Of a stretch of DNA of 64,000 bases, positions 56,933 to 64,000 are shown piece after piece. The stretch comes from Christensenellaceae bacterium (GTDB taxonomy: Bacteria > Bacillota > Clostridia > Christensenellales > Borkfalkiaceae), in contig JAZNMA010000098.1 in assembly GCA_045579345.1 (NCBI GenBank), forward strand, positions 19,943-83,942. The letters are read 5' to 3'. Position 1 is the first letter of the stretch, and every line of letters begins with the position of its first letter. Position numbers and translations under genes: made by a program. The notes under the pieces are model-generated. The model ran no database searches, had not been told where the DNA came from, and saw only the letters and a program-made list of their open reading frames with translations.

Positions 56933-57535
56933 ATGAATTTTGTAAAAAAAATACCCATCAAAGTGTTAAATTTTTTATTTCCGTCAAAAATATATGGTGC
57001 AGAAAATATTCCTAGTGGTGGTGCGGTTATAGTATGTAATCATTTTACTGCTTTTGACTTTTTGTTTGCCATGAAAGCGTGTCGCGAAGATATTTATATT
57101 CTTGGAAAAAAAGAACTGTTTAAGAATAGGATTTTAGCTAAAGCTTTTAAATCTTATAACGTTATTCCCGTCGATAGAAGCAATGTCGACGTGAACACTT
57201 TACTTTCCGTATTAAGACTTTTAAAACAAGGTAAAAAACTTCTTATTTTTCCAGAAGGGACGAGGAATAAAACAGGCTCTAATAAATTACAACCAATTAA
57301 AGGCGGAGCATCAATTTTTGCTGTAAAAGCAAAATGTAAAATAGTACCTATGATGTCATTAAATAAGTTAAAACTTTTTAGAAAGACTAAAGTCATGATT
57401 GGTAACCCTTTTGAAGTTAATGAATTTTACAATAAAAAGCTTGATGAAAATAGCATAGAAGAAATCAATCGCATAATAACTTTAAAGATGAATGAACAGC
57501 AAATAGCCTTAAAAAATTTACTAAATAAGGACTAA
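56933..57535 (+). CDS. plsC: 1-acyl-sn-glycerol-3-phosphate acyltransferase
   Basis: CNHFTAFD (NHxxxxD) and IFPEGTRN motifs. Confidence 0.8.
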   Translation: MNFVKKIPIKVLNFLFPSKIYGAENIPSGGAVIVCNHFTAFDFLFAMKACREDIYILGKKELFKNRILAKAFKSYNVIPVDRSNVDVNTLLSVLRLLKQGKKLLIFPEGTRNKTGSNKLQPIKGGASIFAVKAKCKIVPMMSLNKLKLFRKTKVMIGNPFEVNEFYNKKLDENSIEEINRIITLKMNEQQIALKNLLNKD

Positions 57536-57541
57536 TATATT

Positions 57542-59704
57542 ATGGAAGTCTTAATCAGTAAACATAGTGGTTTTTGTTTCGGAGTTAAAAGAGCCGTAAA
57601 TACTGCATATGCATTAAATGGCAATAATAATTATGTTTTGGGCGAAATTATTCATAACGAATCGGTCATAAATAAAATAAAGCAAAAGGGCATTGTAACG
57701 TTAAAAACACTTGACGAAATCCAATTTCCCGGAGTCGGAAATCTTTTAATTAGAACACATGGCGAGCCTAAATCAACTTTAGATAAAGCGAGGGCGATGG
57801 GACTAAACGTAATTGATTGTACTTGCCCATTTGTAAAAGATATTCAGCAGATAGTAAAAACGCATTACAGCAAGGGGTATACTATTGTTATTATTGGAAA
57901 AAAAGAGCACCCTGAGGTTGTAGGGATAAGAGGGTGGTGCGACGATAAAGCTATAGTTACAGAAAGCCCTAGCGATTTATCAGCTATTAATGCTGAAAAA
58001 ATATGTATAGTAGTCCAAACGACTTATTCCGAGGAAAAATTTGATAAAATTATTAAAAATTTTAATCGTAGCGAGGCAAAAACAGTTGATATTTTCAAAA
58101 CAATTTGCTATACTACAAAAAAGCGACAAAAAGAAGCGGAAATTTTATCTCGCGAATGCGATGCCGTTATCGTATTGGGTGGGGCAAACAGCAATAATAC
58201 GCAAAAACTTTTTGATATTTGCAAAGAAAATTGTAAGAACGTATTTCGCTTAATAAATCCCGCTGATTTTAATTATGAAAAAATAAAAAGTTTTAATAAA
58301 ATAGGGATTGTCACAGGGGCATCGACGCCCATTGAACAGTTTCAGGAGGTTGTCTCGCATATGGAGAAAGTTACAGAAGAAATCATCACTACAAAAACCG
58401 TTGAAAGTGTGGTTGAGCAAGAAGAAGTAAAAGAACAAGTTGTTGAAAGCGCACCTGTTCAAGAAGAAATTACCATTAAGTCTGAAATGGAAAAAGCTTT
58501 TGATAACATCAGACCAGGTAAAGATCTTAAAATTGGACAGATTGTTTCTGCGGTTATTACGTCAGCAAAAGACGACGGTTTAACGTTATCAATTAAAGAC
58601 GCTAAAAGAGATGATTTATCTCTCCCGAAGAGTGAAATTTTGGGTGAATACAGTAAAGAAGCATATCAAGAAAAAGTTGGACAGAAAATTCGTGTTATGG
58701 TTATTGCTAAAGCACCTATTGTATTCTCTGAGAAAGCAATGGAAAGCATAATGAAAGAAGAGGCTGAAATTGAAGAGATTAAGAACGGCAAAATTTTCGA
58801 AGCTGTTATAAAATCAACTAATAAAGGCGGTTTAAATGGTGAATTTGGTAGATATAGTGTATTTATTCCAGCTTCACAAATCAAAATCGGTTTTGTAAAG
58901 GATTTAGAAAAATACGTTGGCAAAACTTTAAGATTAAAAGCTGAAAAAGTTGAGTCAAGAGGTGCGCGTCGTCAAATCGTTGCTTCTCAAAAAGTTATTT
59001 TAGAGGCTGAAAAGGCTGAACGAGATGCAATTAAAGCGCAAAAAGATGCAGAGTTCTTTGCAAGCATTCAAGAAGGCGACGTAGTATTGGGTACACCTGT
59101 TAGATTTGCAGCTTTTGGTGCGTTTATTGATGTAAATGGATTTGACTGTTTAGCACATATTTCTGATTTGTCTTGGACTGGTTGTCGTGATTGCGCAGAA
59201 GTTCTTGAATTAGGAAAACAAACTGAATTTAAAATCTTAAAGATTGATGAAGAAAATAAGAGAGTTTCAGTAGGTTACAAACAATTACAGCCAAAACCTT
59301 GGGAAACAATCGCTGATAAATATAATATCGGAGATGTTGTTAAAGGTAAAGTTGTTAGACTTGTTAATTTTGGTGCTTTTGTTGAAGTTGAAAAAGGTGT
59401 TGACGGATTAGTTCACGTTTCACAAATTTCAAATCAGTGGTTGGAAAATCCAGTTTCTGCATTAGAGGTTGGTCAAGAAATTGAAGCTAAAATACTTGAC
59501 ATTAACGTTGAAAAAGAAAAAATGACTCTTTCTATTAAGGCTTTGTTACCGGAAATTGAAAAGCCAGAGCAGGAAGAAAAAGCTCCTAAGGGCAAAAAAC
59601 GTAAAGTCGCTAAAGAGGAAGAAGAAATTACAGAACTTCGCGAATGGAAAGACGACGATAACGGTGGAGCATCTATAGCTGAAATGCTTAAAAATAATGA
59701 TTAA
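57542..59704 (+). CDS. ispH: bifunctional 4-hydroxy-3-methylbut-2-enyl diphosphate reductase / ribosomal protein S1-domain protein
   Basis: N-terminal IspH (GFCFGVKRAV, TCPFV, GGANSNNT) fused to four S1 repeats (e.g. GDVVKGKVVRLVNFGAFVEVEKGVDGLVHVSQIS). Confidence 0.9.
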   Translation: MEVLISKHSGFCFGVKRAVNTAYALNGNNNYVLGEIIHNESVINKIKQKGIVTLKTLDEIQFPGVGNLLIRTHGEPKSTLDKARAMGLNVIDCTCPFVKDIQQIVKTHYSKGYTIVIIGKKEHPEVVGIRGWCDDKAIVTESPSDLSAINAEKICIVVQTTYSEEKFDKIIKNFNRSEAKTVDIFKTICYTTKKRQKEAEILSRECDAVIVLGGANSNNTQKLFDICKENCKNVFRLINPADFNYEKIKSFNKIGIVTGASTPIEQFQEVVSHMEKVTEEIITTKTVESVVEQEEVKEQVVESAPVQEEITIKSEMEKAFDNIRPGKDLKIGQIVSAVITSAKDDGLTLSIKDAKRDDLSLPKSEILGEYSKEAYQEKVGQKIRVMVIAKAPIVFSEKAMESIMKEEAEIEEIKNGKIFEAVIKSTNKGGLNGEFGRYSVFIPASQIKIGFVKDLEKYVGKTLRLKAEKVESRGARRQIVASQKVILEAEKAERDAIKAQKDAEFFASIQEGDVVLGTPVRFAAFGAFIDVNGFDCLAHISDLSWTGCRDCAEVLELGKQTEFKILKIDEENKRVSVGYKQLQPKPWETIADKYNIGDVVKGKVVRLVNFGAFVEVEKGVDGLVHVSQISNQWLENPVSALEVGQEIEAKILDINVEKEKMTLSIKALLPEIEKPEQEEKAPKGKKRKVAKEEEEITELREWKDDDNGGASIAEMLKNND

Positions 59705-59721
59705 TTTAATTATTTAGTTTT

Positions 59722-59758
59722 AAGGCAGACTCAAATAAAGAGTCTGCCTTATTTTTTT
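59722..59758 (+). terminator. intrinsic terminator after ispH-S1
   Basis: AAGGCAGACTC / GAGTCTGCCTT 11-bp stem followed by ATTTTTTT. Confidence 0.85.
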
Positions 59759-59800
59759 ATTTTAGTTCTACTATGAACGTATTATTAATAAAATATATTA

Positions 59801-60670
59801 ATGAATTTAACTTTTTTGCCTACGGAAATTTATTCAGCAATAATAAAGACAGACTTAGAAAAGCTTTATGAAATTAGATTACGCGTAGGTTTTCCAATTT
59901 CTATAATCATTAATAATATAAAATATTTTTTAGCAAAATACGGATTAAGCACAAGCGTTTCAGATGCGATAATATGTGTGGACGAGCATATTGATTTTAT
60001 TATTAAGACAGTATGTGAGCATTCTGTTTATGCATATAACGATAAAATCTGCAACGGTTACATAACTACTAAAGATGGAATTAGAATAGGCCTTGCAGGT
60101 GAATGTGTCTTTGATAAAGATAAAATTGTTACTATAAAAAACTTTTCATCTATTAATATTAGAGTCCCGCACGAAATTTTAGGGTGTGCTAACGAGATTT
60201 TTGATAAAATCACTTGCGGTAATAATATTTATAATTCGCTTATAATTTCGCCACCATTCTGCGGAAAAACAACCATTTTAAAAGATATTGCAAGGATACT
60301 AAATGAACGCTATGAATATTCAATTTTGCTTATAGACGAAAGGGGTGAGTTTGCAAAAATTAAAGGCAGAAATATTGACGTTATAAGTTATTCAGATAAA
60401 GAATATGCTTTTAATTTTGGTGTAAGAGCAATGTCTCCATCAATTGTTATAACTGATGAATTAGCCACGTTAAACGATTGGAATTGTGTAAAATCAGTAG
60501 CTAACAGCGGTGTAAAAATAATTGCCAGTATTCATGCGGGGTCAATGCAAGACGTTTTAGAAAAAAGACATTTTATAAAAAACATTTTTAATCGTTTCGT
60601 AGTGTTAAAATCTGTTTGTGGGTTCGGTTTAATTGAAAACGTATATGATAAGGAATATAACTCTATATGA
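59801..60670 (+). CDS. spoIIIAA: stage III sporulation protein AA (ATPase)
   Basis: PPFCGKTTILKD Walker A, VITDE Walker B. First gene of an eight-gene operon with canonical spoIIIA sizes. Confidence 0.85.
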   Translation: MNLTFLPTEIYSAIIKTDLEKLYEIRLRVGFPISIIINNIKYFLAKYGLSTSVSDAIICVDEHIDFIIKTVCEHSVYAYNDKICNGYITTKDGIRIGLAGECVFDKDKIVTIKNFSSINIRVPHEILGCANEIFDKITCGNNIYNSLIISPPFCGKTTILKDIARILNERYEYSILLIDERGEFAKIKGRNIDVISYSDKEYAFNFGVRAMSPSIVITDELATLNDWNCVKSVANSGVKIIASIHAGSMQDVLEKRHFIKNIFNRFVVLKSVCGFGLIENVYDKEYNSI

Positions 60671-61128
60671 AGATTTTTTTTGGTTTTTTATTACTTGTAG
60701 CTTGTGTTTTAATTAGTTATATTTTGTCAGATAAATACCGAAAAAGAAAGTTATTTTATCTTAAATTTGAATTTTTTAACAAAAAATTAATGAACGAGTT
60801 AACTTTTTCTAAAAAATCTATTATAGAGCTTATTGCTGAACTTGATTGCGAAAACGATTTTAATAATTACTTATTTAATTACGTTAAAAACAACATTACA
60901 GTTGGGAAAATTAATTATATAAGTTCTGACGAACGAGATTTTTTTATTAATTATTTAGATTCAATAGGTACTGGTGATGCAAAGTCACAATTGAACTTTT
61001 TAACTAACGCTAATATTGAAATTAAAAAGAACTTAAACGAATCAGTGGAAAATGAAAAGAAATATAAAACATTATACCTTAAAATTGGGTTTTTAATCGG
61101 TCTAATACTATTAATTGTTGCTATGTAG
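60667..61128 (+). CDS. spoIIIAB: stage III sporulation protein AB
   Basis: 153 aa with N- and C-terminal TM helices; operon position. Confidence 0.7.
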   Translation: MKIFFGFLLLVACVLISYILSDKYRKRKLFYLKFEFFNKKLMNELTFSKKSIIELIAELDCENDFNNYLFNYVKNNITVGKINYISSDERDFFINYLDSIGTGDAKSQLNFLTNANIEIKKNLNESVENEKKYKTLYLKIGFLIGLILLIVAM

Positions 61129-61135
61129 GTGAAAT

Positions 61136-61333
61136 ATGCAAATTGATATAATCTTTAAAATTGCTGCAATAGGTATAATAATTACAGTTATTACTCAAGT
61201 TTTGAAAAAAAGCGATAGAGATGATATAGCAACATTAGTTTCTCTTGCGGGATTAGTAATAGTTTTGACATTAGTAATCAATATGATTAGCGAGTTGTTT
61301 GAAACAATTAAAAATATATTCTATTTATATTAA
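61136..61333 (+). CDS. spoIIIAC: stage III sporulation protein AC
   Basis: 65-aa two-TM protein; operon position. Confidence 0.75.
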   Translation: MQIDIIFKIAAIGIIITVITQVLKKSDRDDIATLVSLAGLVIVLTLVINMISELFETIKNIFYLY

Positions 61334-61714
61334 ATGGTCGAAATCGTTATTGTTTCATTAATATCAAGCATTATTATATTATACTTAAAAAACATTAACA
61401 GTGAATTGTATGTTTTTGCGCTAATTGGCGCAGGTGTAGTAATTTTAGGTTTAGCATTAGAATATTTAAGTCAAACATTCGTTTTAATAAATAAAATTAT
61501 CGAGCTGAGTGGCATAAATAAAGAATTCTATTCTATAATTTTTAAAATTACTGCAATAGGATACTTGGTCGAATTTGGTGCGCAAACAATTAGAGATATG
61601 GGACTTAACAGTATAGCGGACAAGTTGATTTTTGTTGGTAAAATCGTTATTTTTTGCGTTTCGACACCAATACTTTATGCAGTTTTAAATCTTTTGGTTG
61701 GGTTGTTACAATGA
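61334..61714 (+). CDS. spoIIIAD: stage III sporulation protein AD
   Basis: 126-aa polytopic membrane protein; operon position. Confidence 0.75.
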   Translation: MVEIVIVSLISSIIILYLKNINSELYVFALIGAGVVILGLALEYLSQTFVLINKIIELSGINKEFYSIIFKITAIGYLVEFGAQTIRDMGLNSIADKLIFVGKIVIFCVSTPILYAVLNLLVGLLQ

Positions 61715-62877
61715 AATTAAAGCATAAATATTTCTGTTTAATAATTACATTTATTGTAACTTTCGGTTTTATTTTTTTTAATTCTGTAAATATAACAAAA
61801 GCCGAATCATTATCTGAAAGCATTGAAAATCAATTAGATAAAATTGACTTAACTGAATTTGAAAACTTTTTTAATTCTGTCGTTAAAACAAATGGGGAAG
61901 ATTTTACATTTACTCTTAAAAATTTATTAAAAGGAGAATATAACGTAAATTATATAAACGTTACCAAGTATGTATTAAGCATAATATTAAACAAAGCCCT
62001 TTCTTTAACACCCGTACTAATAAGCATTCTTGCGCTTTCAGTTTTATGTGGCGTATTTCAGCAATTAAAAAGCTCTTTTTTAACGGAAGGGGTTGCGGAA
62101 ATTTCCTTTTTTGTTTGTATTATGGGAATAATTTTAATATTATCTTCTAGAATAATTGCAACATATGAAGATACTCAAAACACTATTGAAAATATAGTGA
62201 AATTAACTGAAATTATGTCACCCATAATACTTACTTTAATGGTTGCGGTTGGCGGTAATATCTCTGCGTCTGTATATTCGCCAACCGTTACATTTCTATC
62301 AGGTGGCGTGATAAATATTATCTTAAACATAGTTTTACCCCTTATAGGCATAATGACTATTTTTAATATAGCTTCAAATTTTTCTTCGCATATTAAGTTA
62401 AATAAATTTTCCGATTTCTCTGTTAGTGTAATTAAATGGATTTTTGGAATAATTATGACCATATATGGATTATTTTTGTCTGTACAAGGATTAACTAGTG
62501 CAACCTTTGACGGTATTAGCATAAAAGCTGCAAAATACGCCTTGTCAAATTCAATTCCTATTGTGGGCGGATTTATTAAAGACGGTTTTGATTTAGTAAT
62601 AGCAGGAAGCGTTTTAATTAAAAATTCAGTAGGTATTTTAGTTGTCTTTACACTTTTTTATTTAATACTTAATCCGGTAATTTATATGGCTGTTTTTTCT
62701 CTTTTGCTTAAGCTTATTGCTGGCTTAACAGAAATTATCTCTGACGCTAGAATTTCAAATTTTTGTTTATGTATGTCCAAAACATTATCATTCCTAATTG
62801 CTTCAATTTTAGTGGTAGGGGTAATGCTTTTTGTAACCGTATTACTGATGATTTTTTCAGCTAACGCTTTTATATAA
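61711..62877 (+). CDS. spoIIIAE: stage III sporulation protein AE
   Basis: 388-aa polytopic membrane protein. ATG at 61711 in ATGA overlap with spoIIIAD. Confidence 0.8.
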   Translation: MKLKHKYFCLIITFIVTFGFIFFNSVNITKAESLSESIENQLDKIDLTEFENFFNSVVKTNGEDFTFTLKNLLKGEYNVNYINVTKYVLSIILNKALSLTPVLISILALSVLCGVFQQLKSSFLTEGVAEISFFVCIMGIILILSSRIIATYEDTQNTIENIVKLTEIMSPIILTLMVAVGGNISASVYSPTVTFLSGGVINIILNIVLPLIGIMTIFNIASNFSSHIKLNKFSDFSVSVIKWIFGIIMTIYGLFLSVQGLTSATFDGISIKAAKYALSNSIPIVGGFIKDGFDLVIAGSVLIKNSVGILVVFTLFYLILNPVIYMAVFSLLLKLIAGLTEIISDARISNFCLCMSKTLSFLIASILVVGVMLFVTVLLMIFSANAFI

Positions 62878-62878
62878 T

Positions 62879-63361
62879 ATGAAAAACTGGGCACTTTCTA
62901 TTGTAGTTGTTGTTTTTTCAATTACAATTATTTCGATGCTTTTTCCAAACGGAAAAACAGGTAAATTTATAAAAAGTATTTTCGGTTTAATTTTAATTAT
63001 TGTTGTATTAAATCCGTTAACAAATCTAGATTTAGATAATTTATCAGTAGACGAATTTTTAGCAACTAAAGATACAATTTTACAAAACGATTATCTTACT
63101 TTTATAGATGAGAATGAAATTGAAAGCCATAAAAAAAATTGTTTAAAAACGCTTGAAAATATGGGGATAAAAAATGCGCAGATAGATATTGATTGGGAAA
63201 ATGATAAAAACTTTAATTTAAAAATAACAAAGGTAAGCATTAATTTAAGAAATGCAGTTATCAAATCGGACAAAGAGCATATAGTTATTATAGAGAACGT
63301 CAAAAACCTTATATTAGATTATTTTAATATTGATTTTGACAAGTTGGTAATTTATGAATGA
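62879..63361 (+). CDS. spoIIIAF: stage III sporulation protein AF
   Basis: 160 aa, two N-terminal TM helices; operon position. Confidence 0.65.
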   Translation: MKNWALSIVVVVFSITIISMLFPNGKTGKFIKSIFGLILIIVVLNPLTNLDLDNLSVDEFLATKDTILQNDYLTFIDENEIESHKKNCLKTLENMGIKNAQIDIDWENDKNFNLKITKVSINLRNAVIKSDKEHIVIIENVKNLILDYFNIDFDKLVIYE

Positions 63362-63872
63362 CACATTAAAACACTCAAAAACTGTTGTTTTATTTGAAAA
63401 GATAAAAAATAGTAAAAAAATTCAATACATAATAGTTGCGGTACTCTCTATTCTTGTAATAATAATTTTTTGTTTTAATTTTTCAACTAGCGATAATAGT
63501 TTACAAAGCTCTGAAACTGATTTAGTAACAAATTACGTATCTGAGCTTGAAAAAAAGTTATCTGAAAATTTATCAAAAGTAAAGGGCGCTGGGAAAGTTT
63601 CCGTCGTAATTAGCGTGCAATCCGGTATGGAGACAGTTTTAGCCATGAACACAACAAAAAAAGTAACGGAGGAAGGTACGTTTATTGAAGAAACTCCACT
63701 TATAATAAATGGAAAAACGATTGTATTAAAAGAACTCTACCCAGAAATTGTCGGGGTACTAATCGTAGCAGAAGGCGCAGAAAACATCACTGTGCTTAGA
63801 AAAATACAGCAAGCTACAACATCTTTACTAGATATTGATTTAAATCAAATAGAAATTTTGACAATGAAATAA
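63354..63872 (+). CDS. spoIIIAG: stage III sporulation protein AG
   Basis: 172 aa. Single TM helix plus a ring-building-motif-like C-terminus (VSVVISVQSG...VGVLIVAEGA). Confidence 0.7.
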   Translation: MNDTLKHSKTVVLFEKIKNSKKIQYIIVAVLSILVIIIFCFNFSTSDNSLQSSETDLVTNYVSELEKKLSENLSKVKGAGKVSVVISVQSGMETVLAMNTTKKVTEEGTFIEETPLIINGKTIVLKELYPEIVGVLIVAEGAENITVLRKIQQATTSLLDIDLNQIEILTMK

Positions 63873-63883
63873 GGAGAAAACAT

Positions 63884-64000
63884 ATGTCTAAAAAAAGAAA
63901 AATCGTAATCTTATCTTGCATGATTGCTTTACTTGCAGTCACAGCCGTCTTCAATTTTATGTTGACAACGGGAACATTTAGCGACGGAGACTCAACCGTT
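63884..64000 (+). CDS. spoIIIAH: stage III sporulation protein AH (5' partial, runs off window)
   Basis: GGAG upstream; MSKKRKIVILSCMIALLAVTAVF signal-anchor; operon position. Confidence 0.5.
   Translation, partial: MSKKRKIVILSCMIALLAVTAVFNFMLTTGTFSDGDSTV

Noticed and set aside
57542-59704. IspH fused to four S1 domains looked like a possible mis-assembly or novelty.
   Set aside because: This fusion is a known arrangement in Clostridia-type Firmicutes, and the frame is continuous and motif-complete.

Overview
The window has two parts. Positions 1 to about 51.7 kb are the right-hand portion of a large, low-GC siphovirus-like prophage; its left end lies outside the window. From about 51.8 kb on it is host core genome of a spore-forming Firmicute: tRNA-Trp, proC, rnhA, surE, cmk, plsC, an ispH-S1 fusion and the spoIIIAA-AH operon. 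Prophage layout: (i) 0.1-8.9 kb, rightward early/replication genes (YopX-like, DUF5131, DUF1064, ASCH, SSB, YkgJ-like, two methyltransferase-type genes, many small Cys-rich ORFs). (ii) 8.9-38.4 kb, a late operon (large terminase, portal, capsid, tape measure, tail/receptor-binding genes) behind a consensus promoter, a long leader and an intrinsic terminator. (iii) 38.5-48.1 kb, a leftward block of about 19 mostly unrecognisable small genes, including a tyrosine recombinase and a gamma-class N6-adenine methyltransferase. (iv) 47.7-49.5 kb, a non-coding control region with divergent promoters. (v) 49.5-50.5 kb, an RNA operon with a tRNA-like element, a tmRNA and three tRNAs. The most unusual signals are: a dense, strictly one-stranded array of the hexamer GAACAG (45 copies against 0 on the other strand, counted by eye) confined to the leftward block; the apparently phage-borne tmRNA with a non-canonical tag; an aberrant tRNA-like gene; long structured spacers in the RNA operon; a G8 tract inside a methyltransferase gene; and the promoter-leader-terminator arrangement in front of the late genes. 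All calls come from reading the sequence and ORF track by eye; no searches were run.
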